From the IMG/VR virus record IMGVR_UViG_3300037307_000895: DNA of 64,000 nt; one strand, 5' to 3'. This document shows, one piece after another, positions 19,553 to 29,710 of the stretch (positions are counted from its first letter, which is position 1; each line of letters opens with the position of its first letter). Below the pieces are notes generated by a model. That model did no database searches. It saw only the letters and a program-made list of their open reading frames with translations, and was not told the origin of the DNA. The position numbers and the translations under genes were made by a program. The stretch comes from an uncultured virus (IMG/VR IMGVR_UViG_3300037307_000895). Its lineage: Duplodnaviria > Heunggongvirae > Uroviricota > Caudoviricetes.

Positions 19553-21169
19553 TTATAAAGAATTTTGAATTCTTTTTACAGTTTCATCTTTACCCAAGAT
19601 ATACATAGTCGTAACCAAATCTGGACCTGGAACACCACCAGTTACAGACACTCTCAATGATGGCATCACTTTACCCATTTTAACCCCATTATCGGTACAA
19701 GTATCGAAAATCAATTGCTTGATTTTATCTGATTCCCAATCAATATCATCAACTTTTGTTACAAAGTCAGAGAATACCTTTTTATATTCAGCAGAAAGGC
19801 TATTCAAATCTTTTTCAGATAAAACCACAGGCTTGAAGAAGATGTCAGTTACAACATTCAAGTCAGTTTTGAATGTACTTCTTTTCTTAGCTAAATCTAC
19901 AATCATAGCCATTTTATCATCAGAATATTTATAAATATCACCCATGTTAATATTCTTCATCAATTCATCATCTGATTTATTTTGTAAATAGTTACTATTG
20001 AACCATTTTGCTTTATCAATATCAAATCTAGCTCCCGCTTTATGCACTCTATCTAATGAAAAATCTGAAATCATATCAGCCATTTTATAAAGCTCTTTAC
20101 CATCAGTTGGTGCCCATCCTAAAAGAAGTAAGAAGTTAATAAGAGCATCGGGTTCATAACCTTCGTCTTTAAAACCTTTATATTTAACAACATTACCCTT
20201 ATCATCTACACCTTCACCACCGAATGGAAATACAGGAATACCGTATTTGATACCATCTCTCTTAGAAAGTTTTCCACGGCCATCTGGACGAAGAATAGAT
20301 GGGAGGTGAGCAAAAATTGGAGGATTCCAGCCAAATGCTTCGTATAACATAACGTGAAGAGGGGCGGATGAAAGCCATTCTTCACCTCTGATTACGTGAG
20401 TAGTTCCCATATCATGGTCGTCACAAACACTAGCCATGTGATAAGTAGGAATACCATTTGATTTAACCAATACTTTATCATCAACTTGAGCACTATTGAA
20501 TGAAACATCTCCTCTAACAATATCATTGAAAGAGATTGTTTTATTTTCAGGAACTTTAAATCTTATAACATAAGGTGCACTCGAATCTAACAATTTATCA
20601 ACTTCTTCTTTTGACAACGAAAGAGAGTTTTTCATATTCATTCGTGACTTAGCATCATAAGCAAAATTTTGATTTTCACTTCTGGCTTTAGTCAAATCTT
20701 TTTCAGTATCAAAAGCATAATAAGCATGACCCGCATCTAAAAGAGTCTTGATGTGTTTACTATAGTCTCTTTCAGATTGGCGATAGGGGCCATTCGGACC
20801 ACCTTTCCATGGATCCCAATCAGGTTCAATTCCGCACCATTCCAAAGCATTTTTAATGTAGTCTTCCGCTTCGGCAACAAATCTTTTTTGGTCAGTATCT
20901 TCAATACGAATATAGAATATACCACCATGTTTTTTAGCAAATAAGTAGTTATACAAAGCAGTACGAATGCCTCCAATGTGTAAGAATCCAGTTGGTGAAG
21001 GAGCAAATCTTGTTACTACTTTACCACTTACTTGTGCATCATCCAAAGCATCTAAACTTTTTTGTACATCAGGACTTTGATTTTCATCATTGTCCGATAA
21101 TATTTCCAATGCATTATCTTTTAAATCTTTAGATTCTAGAAACTTTTGTCTGTTCTTAATATACTTCAT
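19553..21169 (-). CDS. gltX: Glutamate--tRNA ligase with about 48-aa N-terminal extension
   Basis: TRFAPSPTGFLHIGG, RIEDTD, GPYRQSER, THVIRGEEW, KLSKR, C-terminal anticodon-binding domain. Confidence 0.95.
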   Translation of the reverse strand: MKYIKNRQKFLESKDLKDNALEILSDNDENQSPDVQKSLDALDDAQVSGKVVTRFAPSPTGFLHIGGIRTALYNYLFAKKHGGIFYIRIEDTDQKRFVAEAEDYIKNALEWCGIEPDWDPWKGGPNGPYRQSERDYSKHIKTLLDAGHAYYAFDTEKDLTKARSENQNFAYDAKSRMNMKNSLSLSKEEVDKLLDSSAPYVIRFKVPENKTISFNDIVRGDVSFNSAQVDDKVLVKSNGIPTYHMASVCDDHDMGTTHVIRGEEWLSSAPLHVMLYEAFGWNPPIFAHLPSILRPDGRGKLSKRDGIKYGIPVFPFGGEGVDDKGNVVKYKGFKDEGYEPDALINFLLLLGWAPTDGKELYKMADMISDFSLDRVHKAGARFDIDKAKWFNSNYLQNKSDDELMKNINMGDIYKYSDDKMAMIVDLAKKRSTFKTDLNVVTDIFFKPVVLSEKDLNSLSAEYKKVFSDFVTKVDDIDWESDKIKQLIFDTCTDNGVKMGKVMPSLRVSVTGGVPGPDLVTTMYILGKDETVKRIQNSL

Positions 21170-21262
21170 GTAAGGATTTATTTTTAATATACTATATATA
21201 AAGAAGCAAAAATAATATATTTAAGTAAAATAAACAAATATTTATTATGTTATAAAATAGGT

Positions 21263-21640
21263 ATGAAATACGCAATTCTTGATGCACAAGAAGAATTAAT
21301 TCCTGAAATTAATCTTGATTTTAACCGATTTATTAAAAATTTATCTAAAAAGTTTGACCGATTTATTGACTTTTCTTCAATAGATGATCTTCTAGAAAAT
21401 AGAAGAGACGACAAAATCAGTGAAATACTTGACCAACCATTTAAAACAACACATGAACGAATAATTGATTTATTAAAAGTCGCACTTGAAAAAGACTCAT
21501 ACTATAACCAACATCGTTCTGGTTTATTAAATGGTGGGATTTATAAAATAGAAAACGACGAAATGAAAGAATTAAGATTGGAAAACTTTCTTTCTGATAT
21601 TGCTAGTTATATTGAAAAAGATTTAGACGACTATTCTTAA
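21263..21640 (+). CDS. Hypothetical protein with internal RDDKISEIL motif
   Basis: ORF 125 aa. Confidence 0.6.
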   Translation: MKYAILDAQEELIPEINLDFNRFIKNLSKKFDRFIDFSSIDDLLENRRDDKISEILDQPFKTTHERIIDLLKVALEKDSYYNQHRSGLLNGGIYKIENDEMKELRLENFLSDIASYIEKDLDDYS

Positions 21641-21835
21641 TTATTTATTAAACCAAATAACTCCATCAGCATCTTCCTTTTCAGTATAAAAAACATCATC
21701 CTTTGAGGATTTTCCATTTTTTATCCAATAACCATGTCCATCATCATCTATAATTGATCCATCTTCAACCATTTCTTCAAATTCAGAAATAGTAAAGACA
21801 TCACCATATTCAGGTAATGGGTCTACATAAGACAT
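21641..21835 (-). CDS. Small acidic hypothetical protein
   Basis: ORF 64 aa ending ...IWFNK. Confidence 0.55.
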   Translation of the reverse strand: MSYVDPLPEYGDVFTISEFEEMVEDGSIIDDDGHGYWIKNGKSSKDDVFYTEKEDADGVIWFNK

Positions 21836-21876
21836 TCCTTTTAAAAAGTCAAATAATTTTTTTTAATATATAATTT

Positions 21877-22386
21877 ATGAAATATTTGAAAAAGATAGAT
21901 GAGTTATATAAAAGTACCTATAAAAGTGCAGCAGATAAGCTTCTCCGTAAACACAAAAAAAGGTCTGAGGATATTATGAAATGGGCGGGTGAAAGAGGAG
22001 AAAGTGAATTGAAGAAAAAAGACGTAGAGAGAGAATACCCACATGCGTTTTCCTTTACTAATAAGGATTTAGAGGATTTAAATTTATTAGGAAAATTTTT
22101 TATCACGGACAGTTATTGTGTCGAAGAAAATGGATATATTATGCCTGCTACAAATATTAGTATCAATATGATAAGTGAGTGGGGATTAAAAATCAATTTA
22201 GAGTTGGTTATTGAAAATGAAACATACGAATTACTTAGATTTAAAATTAAATTTAATAATAAATATGAAAGGAAATTCTTATTTAATAACAGAAAAGATG
22301 CTATAGAGCTTAGGAGATATTTAATACAAAATGTTGATGAAGAATTTACAAAACTTAGAATAAATGATATTTATACCTCAGATTAA
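21877..22386 (+). CDS. Hypothetical protein, N-terminal MKYLKKIDE tag
   Basis: ORF 169 aa directly after TAATATATA (21864-21872). Confidence 0.65.
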   Translation: MKYLKKIDELYKSTYKSAADKLLRKHKKRSEDIMKWAGERGESELKKKDVEREYPHAFSFTNKDLEDLNLLGKFFITDSYCVEENGYIMPATNISINMISEWGLKINLELVIENETYELLRFKIKFNNKYERKFLFNNRKDAIELRRYLIQNVDEEFTKLRINDIYTSD

Positions 22387-22931
22387 ATAATATAGAATTC
22401 AATTTTAATAGCCACTTTATTTGGTTCCATTATAAACCATGGTCTATTAGTAATCCAACCTGGTGGGGTATCTGTGTGATATATTCCTTTTGAATCGTGT
22501 CCAGATCTTTTATCTCCCAATCCTTTAAATTTATAGTCATCATTTTTATTAGTTTTTGGGTTTAAGTCAGATTGATGTTTACCATTTAATTTAATTGAAA
22601 AGTGACAATCAAATAATTTTTCTTCTATTCTCTTTTTAATTGATTGTAATTTATTAACATATCTATAGAATTCAGATTCTATATTTTCTTCATCAAGAAT
22701 ATTTTCCAAATAAATAACTATGGGGCCATATCCTTCTTTGACATCATGATAATAAATATGAAATTTTTCTATTTCTTTAAATTCTAAAAAATAGTCTTCA
22801 ATTATTTCAAGTGGAGTATTTCTTCTATAGTTAAGTTTTGCTAAGGTTTTAAAACTTTTCATAGTATCACTCAATTTAGCTAATTGGTCTTTAAGCTCAT
22901 CAAATGATTCAAATTTCTTTAGATATTTCAT
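22383..22931 (-). CDS. Hypothetical protein, N-terminal MKYLKKFESF tag
   Basis: ORF 182 aa; TATATA upstream. Confidence 0.65.
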   Translation of the reverse strand: MKYLKKFESFDELKDQLAKLSDTMKSFKTLAKLNYRRNTPLEIIEDYFLEFKEIEKFHIYYHDVKEGYGPIVIYLENILDEENIESEFYRYVNKLQSIKKRIEEKLFDCHFSIKLNGKHQSDLNPKTNKNDDYKFKGLGDKRSGHDSKGIYHTDTPPGWITNRPWFIMEPNKVAIKIEFYII

Positions 22932-22952
22932 AAGGGTATATATAAAAATAAT

Positions 22953-22983
22953 TTTGATAATTAAAAAATATTTCGTATCTTTG
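22953..22983 (+). promoter_or_regulatory. Bacteroidota sigma70-type promoter
   Basis: tttg 22953-22956, tatctttg 22976-22983, 19-nt spacer. Confidence 0.75.
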
Positions 22984-22997
22984 TAAAAATTTTAATT

Positions 22998-23852
22998 ATG
23001 GTAAGAAACTTCAAGACTTATAGTAAACAAGAACTTTTTGAGAAAATTGATGCTATTGAGATTTTCAAAGAAGGTGAACAAGTAATCACTAAATACTTCG
23101 GAACTGTAATTAATACAACTCCTGTATCTAAAAGATATGAAATTTTTGACATTCGTGCGTTTTTGAAGGACAAAATTAATCATATTGAATCAAATTTCAA
23201 TATTACTTATTATCGTTTTATTATGAAACGAGGAACTCAAGAATTAACACTTCTCTCAGATAGTGTGGATATTAATGGAAATAAACATTATAAATCATTT
23301 TTCATTCTTAATTCAAGTGATAAATCAAGACGATTGAATATGAACTTGGGTCTTTATCGGAGTGATAATGGCATTTATTTTGTTTCTGGTATTAATAATA
23401 TGTCTTTGTCTAAGAAACATTTGACAGGACTGACTAAAGCGGCTGAAGAGGTTGCAGTATCTATTGATGGAGAAACATTTAATGAACAAATTGAATCTAT
23501 TAAATCTCTTGTAGGTGAAAGAGTTCTCTTTTCAAAAGTCCGTGAAATTATTGTTGATAAAGAACAGAAAATCAATCACCGTAAATTTGATGCTTTTAAG
23601 AACCAACTTTCTTACTCTAATATTAAATGGACAAAAGAACAGTATGCTCTTTTGCGAACCGAATCAGAAAAGTTGGTGATTGACAGTAAAAGTGACTTTG
23701 ATTTGGATGCTTATATGGTATTCAACCTTTATATGCAAGTCTTTCGTAATCAGGATTCTTATGTGGTTAAAAAAGAAACAGAGCGCATCATCAAGATTAC
23801 TCAATGCTTCATTCGTAACGAAAAATTGGAACAACTTTTAATGGAAATTTAA
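22998..23852 (+). CDS. Hypothetical (possibly DUF932-like) protein with C-terminal RNEKLEQLL tag
   Basis: 284 aa; ILNSSDKS...GLYR...H pattern reminiscent of DUF932. Confidence 0.55.
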   Translation: MVRNFKTYSKQELFEKIDAIEIFKEGEQVITKYFGTVINTTPVSKRYEIFDIRAFLKDKINHIESNFNITYYRFIMKRGTQELTLLSDSVDINGNKHYKSFFILNSSDKSRRLNMNLGLYRSDNGIYFVSGINNMSLSKKHLTGLTKAAEEVAVSIDGETFNEQIESIKSLVGERVLFSKVREIIVDKEQKINHRKFDAFKNQLSYSNIKWTKEQYALLRTESEKLVIDSKSDFDLDAYMVFNLYMQVFRNQDSYVVKKETERIIKITQCFIRNEKLEQLLMEI

Positions 23853-24032
23853 AAAATTGATATGAATGGTTTAATAGTTGGTTTTATGTTTGTTGGTGGA
23901 TTTATATTTATCCCTCTAATTGGCATCTTACATGAATATATTATAAACTATAAAAATGAGAATAAGTAAATGGAAAAAAAAGTATAAACAAAATTGGGCA
24001 CACAATTTTATGGCAAAATAAAAATAATTTTT

Positions 24033-24278
24033 ATGACAGTAAGTATGGACGGATTGAGACTTCAACTTCTTTACAATTATAATTCCCTAACACGAAAATT
24101 GAATCGTGGGAATATAGATGGAAAAGTAAAAGTAGAAGCAGATGATATTGAACATGAAATGAATGTTATTCGTGATTGTATTGTTACACTCGCTTTTATG
24201 TATGATGACAGAGAAGGTGGATTTAAAGAACTTGATAATCCAAAATTTGAAACATTTAATCCAATGGAGGAAGATTAA
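24033..24278 (+). CDS. Hypothetical protein
   Basis: In-frame ATG at 24033 within track ORF 23994..24278. Confidence 0.55.
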   Translation: MTVSMDGLRLQLLYNYNSLTRKLNRGNIDGKVKVEADDIEHEMNVIRDCIVTLAFMYDDREGGFKELDNPKFETFNPMEED

Positions 24279-24562
24279 TGGCAAACAATGAAAAAGATGA
24301 AATGATAGGTTGTGGTATTTTAGCAATCTGTTTGGCTGTAGCATTTGCTATAGTAGTGTTCACACTTAAACACATTTGAAATGAATATAAAATATGCTAA
24401 AGTTGGTGAAAAATTTTGTGAAGGCATATGTGACCGAAAAATTATAAAAACAAAAGATGGTCCGATGTTAGTTTGTGATGGATGCCACAGAATTGTAATT
24501 GATCCAATAACATTGAATAAGTTGGCAATCAAAAAAGAAATGCCGAAGAAAACAAATTAAAA

Positions 24563-25060
24563 ATGACCTATAAAGGAAAATTAAATAAAGATAATATCCC
24601 TGAGAATGGGATATTTGTTTTTGGTTCAAATCCATTAGGTATTAATGGTAATCCAAAAAACGGTAAAGGTGGTGCTGCTCTTGTGGCACATCTTGAGTTT
24701 GGAGTAGAACAGGGAGAGTTAATGAATAATTGTTTATCTAAAAGTGGAAAGGCGTATGGTCTTGTAACTGTCAATGCTCCTAAAAAATATATAAGTAACG
24801 AAGAAATTAAGAATAATATTGAAAAGTTATACACATTTGCTAAAGAAAATGTGGATAAATTATTTTATGTTGCATATAGCGGAGAAAATCCAAATTATGT
24901 ATCTTTGAATGGTAAGTCAATAAGGACACTTGCTAATTTATTTTATCAAGCTGGTATGAGTGGTGGTGTAATTTTAAAGATACCCGAAAATATTGTTTTT
25001 GAAGAAAACTTTTATAAGTTAGTGATTCCGTGTGATTTAGAAAAAGGTTTTGATTTTTAA
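24563..25060 (+). CDS. Macro-domain-like phage protein (A1S_2505 type)
   Basis: IFVFGSN...G.GGAAL.A...FG...AYG pattern. Confidence 0.65.
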   Translation: MTYKGKLNKDNIPENGIFVFGSNPLGINGNPKNGKGGAALVAHLEFGVEQGELMNNCLSKSGKAYGLVTVNAPKKYISNEEIKNNIEKLYTFAKENVDKLFYVAYSGENPNYVSLNGKSIRTLANLFYQAGMSGGVILKIPENIVFEENFYKLVIPCDLEKGFDF

Positions 25061-25083
25061 TAATTTTTTATTAATTTTGTGAT

Positions 25084-25557
25084 ATGAAATTTGCTGAAGA
25101 TAATAATGGATTTGTATTCTTCCCCTTAGATGGGCCTAAGATTACAGTTTTACCTGATAATAAGACAATCATTTACATAGTTGCATTTGAGCCAACTTCT
25201 AATAAAAGTTCGCTTTCAAGTATAAATATCACCATGCCTGGCGACTTCATTTCGGACGATGTAGTTGAAAGAATGATTTTGAATGATGTTGTTAAGAGCG
25301 ATGTCATGAAGAATGAATATGATAGTATTTATTTTCCTAATGTTTTAAATGAAAACATAAAAGAAAGAATAGTGTCTATTTCTATGGTAGCTGCTATTAG
25401 TATTGGATGGTCTGATAATGCTTATGAATTTAAAAATGGAACACCTTGGAGAGCTACTTTTCGTGATTTGACAGAAGAAGGAAAAAAGCTTTATTACTCA
25501 ATGAAGAAATTACATAATAATAAAGAAATTAGAATTTTAACATTTAATAATATATAA
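25084..25557 (+). CDS. Hypothetical protein
   Basis: ORF 157 aa. Confidence 0.6.
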   Translation: MKFAEDNNGFVFFPLDGPKITVLPDNKTIIYIVAFEPTSNKSSLSSINITMPGDFISDDVVERMILNDVVKSDVMKNEYDSIYFPNVLNENIKERIVSISMVAAISIGWSDNAYEFKNGTPWRATFRDLTEEGKKLYYSMKKLHNNKEIRILTFNNI

Positions 25558-25558
25558 T

Positions 25559-26935
25559 ATGAGTTTGAGAAAAACTACTGATATTTTTGTATCTGATACA
25601 CTTAAAAAGATTCTGGAAGAAATTTCAGAATCTTCTTCTATTGCTATGTCTCTTTTGAAAAAAAGACATTACAAAGAAGATTTGAAAGAGGATGAACCTA
25701 TTAACTATCTTTCTATATCCGAAAGTGATCCTACAAAACTTTCATATATTAATCACGAAAGATTGATTAAATTGAAGGAAAATGAAGAAGATGTTTGGAC
25801 AAGTTCACGAAGATTTCATGCAAGGCCTGGTTCAGTCGTTAATAAAATATTTAAAAATCTTTCTGCAAAAGAAGTTGAGATATTCAACAATTTTTACCGT
25901 TCCGCAGTTACACGAATTAATTACCAATTCAAAGTTGTTGATGGTAGTGAGATAAAATATTATTATCATATCGAAAATTATAAAAAAGAATCACACTCAC
26001 TTGGAAATTCTTGTATGAAATATGATAATTGTCAAAGATATTTCAATATCTACATTGATAATCCTGAAATTATCAAAATGTTAGTAATGTTAGATGATGA
26101 TGGATTCTTAATGGGTAGGGCACTCCTTTGGAATTTTGATGATTATAAAGTTATGGATAGAATTTATACTATCAATGATGATGAATTGCCTTATCAATTT
26201 AAGAAATGGGCAGGCGAACATGGTTATATGTATAAATATGAACAAAAATGGAATAATACCCTGTTTTTTGAAATGGGTGGTAAAAAAATAGAAAAGAAGT
26301 TTTCTATCAAGTTACCTAATTGGAAGTATGATAGGTATCCATATTTAGACACTTTTAAATTTATGGATATGAAAAGAGGAGTTCTCTATAATTATATCCC
26401 AGATGAAATTACTGTAAAAACTGTATCCGCCCCTGATGGTGGATATTATAATGGAGACTATTTGGGTCATGATTTTATTACTGGGTTGTATCAAAATCGT
26501 GGTGAAATGGTTTCTATTAAATATACTGATGATGGAAAATTAATTGAAAATAGTAATTTATTAACACATTCTTCTAATGTTGAATGGTCTAGTGTTAATG
26601 ATATGTATATTTTGAGAAAAGATCTTAAATATGATGAGGAAATTGATCAATTCATATTTGCCGAACATTTAGATATTTTAAATAATAAAGAAAATATTGA
26701 ACAAAGGAGGATAAGAGAGAAGGAAAGAAGGAAAAAGATAGAAGAACATGAAATTGTTTTTAGAAATATGTTTAGAGGAAATTTTAGTCGCGATATGGAA
26801 CGAGCTATACATGAATTATCAACTAGAATGTTTGATGTTGATTATGGCACTCAATTAATAGAAGAAATGGAACAAACGACGATACCCGGCTCTCCCAGCG
26901 AACCCGTTTCTACTGAGGAAACAGTTGAAGAATAA
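25559..26935 (+). CDS. Conserved phage protein (SCM / GRALLW / DRIY / PYLDT motifs)
   Basis: 458 aa; motif set I recognise from large-phage proteins, function not assignable. Confidence 0.65.
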   Translation: MSLRKTTDIFVSDTLKKILEEISESSSIAMSLLKKRHYKEDLKEDEPINYLSISESDPTKLSYINHERLIKLKENEEDVWTSSRRFHARPGSVVNKIFKNLSAKEVEIFNNFYRSAVTRINYQFKVVDGSEIKYYYHIENYKKESHSLGNSCMKYDNCQRYFNIYIDNPEIIKMLVMLDDDGFLMGRALLWNFDDYKVMDRIYTINDDELPYQFKKWAGEHGYMYKYEQKWNNTLFFEMGGKKIEKKFSIKLPNWKYDRYPYLDTFKFMDMKRGVLYNYIPDEITVKTVSAPDGGYYNGDYLGHDFITGLYQNRGEMVSIKYTDDGKLIENSNLLTHSSNVEWSSVNDMYILRKDLKYDEEIDQFIFAEHLDILNNKENIEQRRIREKERRKKIEEHEIVFRNMFRGNFSRDMERAIHELSTRMFDVDYGTQLIEEMEQTTIPGSPSEPVSTEETVEE

Positions 26936-26968
26936 AAATAGAAGGGTCTATTCCTTATATATAGTGTT

Positions 26969-27664
26969 ATGAACATTATAGGAATAGACCCTTCTCTCAT
27001 ATCAACCGCAGTAGTGGTTAATGGTAAAATATTTAACTATTGTAAAGAATCTTATGCTTCAAATAAAAATGGATTATCAAAGTGGTATAAGCTATGTGAA
27101 CAATATGTGACTTACAGGTTTGTTGATTATAGAGAGTTTTCATCTTATTCAGAAGGTGAATTAACTAAATTAAAAGACTATGATAAGGTAACTGATATGA
27201 TTATTCAGGATATCGAGTCTAATATTGATAAATCATTAGAAACTAAAATTGGAATTGAAGGATATAATTTTGGTGCTAGCGTTGGTGATTTAATTGACCT
27301 TGTTACCTTCTCTACTTTATTAAGAAAAAAATTATTTGATTATATTGGCAAAGATATCTTAGTAATGTCACCTCTTTCTCTTAAGCAAGAATCTTGTAAA
27401 TTAACTTATCCACCAAAAGATATAGGCAAAAAGAAGCCAAAATTAGAATGGAGGAATAACGAAGGAATTGCAGGAGGTAGTTTTACTAAAAGAGAAATGT
27501 TTTTATCTGTTGTTGAAAATCAAACTATCAATGATGAATGGTCAAATCATTTAAGGAATATTAAAGATGAAGTTTTAGAAAATAAAACCATTAAGAAACC
27601 TTATGAGGATATTAATGACGCTTATTTATTGTATAAAATATTAGGAAAAAATGAAAAAAATTAA
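26969..27664 (+). CDS. RuvC-like Holliday junction resolvase
   Basis: IIGIDPS, IGIEG, K..M, DINDAY RNase H-fold acidic residues. Confidence 0.75.
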   Translation: MNIIGIDPSLISTAVVVNGKIFNYCKESYASNKNGLSKWYKLCEQYVTYRFVDYREFSSYSEGELTKLKDYDKVTDMIIQDIESNIDKSLETKIGIEGYNFGASVGDLIDLVTFSTLLRKKLFDYIGKDILVMSPLSLKQESCKLTYPPKDIGKKKPKLEWRNNEGIAGGSFTKREMFLSVVENQTINDEWSNHLRNIKDEVLENKTIKKPYEDINDAYLLYKILGKNEKN

Positions 27665-28301
27665 ATCTTTTAATGAGTCTGTTGCGACAGATAATATTTA
27701 TATTAAATCAGTAGAGGTTATATCAGATGTTAACCCTTTAAAAGCGGGTGTTAAAGTTGACTTCAATAAAAATATAACATTTATTGTAGGGGACAATGGT
27801 GTTGGAAAATCAACTTTATTAGAATGTATTCGTGATTATTTTGGATATGTTGATGATACATATTTGAGAAGGATGGATATGAAACAACATATTAAGATAG
27901 ATAAGGTTAGTGATAATTTTAACTTCACATTCGTAGATTTTCACGGTGACGATAAGAAGTTTGCGTCGGCATTTGGGAGTAATATCGGTTTACAAATACA
28001 ACAAATGAAAGCTTCTTCCGGACAAGTATCTATCTCATTATTAAACAATGCTCTGGGCAACATAGAAAAGGTTAAAAACGGGGTTATTATACTTGATGAG
28101 CCATGTAGAGGACAATCATTAAGGAATAAATGGAATGTTGTTAGACTTATAAATGGATTAACAGAGAGATTTGGTTGCCAAGTTATATTAACTACACACT
28201 CTGATACTATTTTGTCCGCATTTAAAGATAAAGCACAATACTTTGATATAGTAGCGAATAAAGATACTACATATACAGAATATATTTTGTCACAGCTATG
28301 A
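27651..28301 (+). CDS. Stand-alone ABC-type ATPase with N-terminal MKKIKSFNES tag
   Basis: Walker A GDNGVGKST, SSGQ signature, IILDEP, TTHS. Confidence 0.85.
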   Translation: MKKIKSFNESVATDNIYIKSVEVISDVNPLKAGVKVDFNKNITFIVGDNGVGKSTLLECIRDYFGYVDDTYLRRMDMKQHIKIDKVSDNFNFTFVDFHGDDKKFASAFGSNIGLQIQQMKASSGQVSISLLNNALGNIEKVKNGVIILDEPCRGQSLRNKWNVVRLINGLTERFGCQVILTTHSDTILSAFKDKAQYFDIVANKDTTYTEYILSQL

Positions 28302-28912
28302 GCATAGGAATAATAATAGTAAATTGGCGGGCGCCTCAGTATCTTGAACACCAAATATTATCTATTCGTAAATATTTAAGTCCTGATGATATTCATGTTT
28401 TTGAAACAGATTATTATAAACATTGTGAAAGCATTTGTTCTGATAATTATGTTTATTATAATCATTTTTCAACCAGTAATGATTATAGTAAATCACATGC
28501 TAATGCTTTGAATTACGCTTATAAAAAACTTTCTAAAAATTATGATATAATAGGAATAATAGATCATGATTGTTTTCCAACTTCCCATTATAATGTCATA
28601 GAAATGTTAGGAACTTGTGACATTAGAGCGGAAGAACAAAAGAGAGGGGATATATTATATCCAAATACTACTTGTTTATTTATGAAGTCAAATTTAGATA
28701 TTGATTTTATGCCATCACCTGGATTAGATACAGGTGGTAGGTTATCAAACATATATAAAACAGAATGTAAAATGAAAAGATCTGAAGGTCCTTATGGAAT
28801 TGAAATATTTGATGATGTTTTTATGCACATTGGAAAAGGTAGTAATTGGATAAATACTTTAGAAAATCAAGAAAGAGTTGAAAAAGCATTTGAATATATT
28901 AAATTTTTATAA
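28298..28912 (+). CDS. Glycosyltransferase (GT-A fold)
   Basis: HANALN, IIDHD (DxD), DTGG, late His. Confidence 0.65.
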   Translation: MSIGIIIVNWRAPQYLEHQILSIRKYLSPDDIHVFETDYYKHCESICSDNYVYYNHFSTSNDYSKSHANALNYAYKKLSKNYDIIGIIDHDCFPTSHYNVIEMLGTCDIRAEEQKRGDILYPNTTCLFMKSNLDIDFMPSPGLDTGGRLSNIYKTECKMKRSEGPYGIEIFDDVFMHIGKGSNWINTLENQERVEKAFEYIKFL

Positions 28913-28981
28913 TTGTCATTTTGTCACTATAAAAATCCGGTATATTTTTTGATGAAATTTGAGAAAAATAATATATAAGCC

Positions 28982-29275
28982 ATGACTGGAGAATTATCAA
29001 AAGAAGACTTCTTGTATATTGTTAAAGAGTTTAACTTATCCTGTGATTATTCTATATCAAAAATAGATAATAGAAATGTTATTGTTGAAATGTGGTCATC
29101 TAAGAGGAATCCATTTATTAGATTGACACGTATGTATGATTTTAGTTTAGATAACATTAAAGATATTGAAACTGAAAAAAAGAAACAATTACTATCTAAT
29201 ATGCTTCAAGATGCCGTTGATGTTGAAGATTATGAATTCGCGGCTAAATTAAGGGATATAATAAACGAATTGTAA
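28982..29275 (+). CDS. Protein with C-terminal UVR motif
   Basis: LQDAVDVEDYEFAAKLRD. Confidence 0.7.
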   Translation: MTGELSKEDFLYIVKEFNLSCDYSISKIDNRNVIVEMWSSKRNPFIRLTRMYDFSLDNIKDIETEKKKQLLSNMLQDAVDVEDYEFAAKLRDIINEL

Positions 29276-29312
29276 TTTTGTTCGAGTGATATTAAAAAAA
29301 TTAATTTAAAAT

Positions 29313-29690
29313 ATGGCATATAGTGATAAAGTTATTGACCATTATCAAAATCCTAAAAATGTAGGAACTTTAGATAAAAATAAGAAAAATGTGGGAACTG
29401 GTTTAGTGGGCGCTCCTGAATGTGGAGATGTAATGAGATTACAAATCGAAGTTGAAGATGGTATTATTAAAGATGCTAAATTTAAAACATTTGGTTGTGG
29501 TTCAGCAATTGCTTCATCGTCTTTAGCTACAGAATGGTTAAAGGGAAAATCAGTCGATGATGCTTTAACCATTGATAATATGGACATCGTAGAAGAATTA
29601 AATTTACCACCAGTTAAAATACATTGTTCTGTCTTAGCCGAAGATGCAATCAAAGCCGCTATCGATGACTATAGAAAAAAGAACTTATAA
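29313..29690 (+). CDS. iscU: Fe-S cluster scaffold IscU
   Basis: YSDKVIDHY.NP.NVG, APECGD, FGCGSAIASSS, LPPVKIHCS. Confidence 0.96.
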   Translation: MAYSDKVIDHYQNPKNVGTLDKNKKNVGTGLVGAPECGDVMRLQIEVEDGIIKDAKFKTFGCGSAIASSSLATEWLKGKSVDDALTIDNMDIVEELNLPPVKIHCSVLAEDAIKAAIDDYRKKNL

Positions 29691-29710
29691 TTTTTTTAAT
29701 ATATAGTTAC

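Noticed and set aside
27651..28301. ABC ATPase plus RuvC-like nuclease as a defence system
   Set aside because: The adjacent nuclease looks like an ordinary phage resolvase, and no Toprim, HNH or other effector partner is adjacent.
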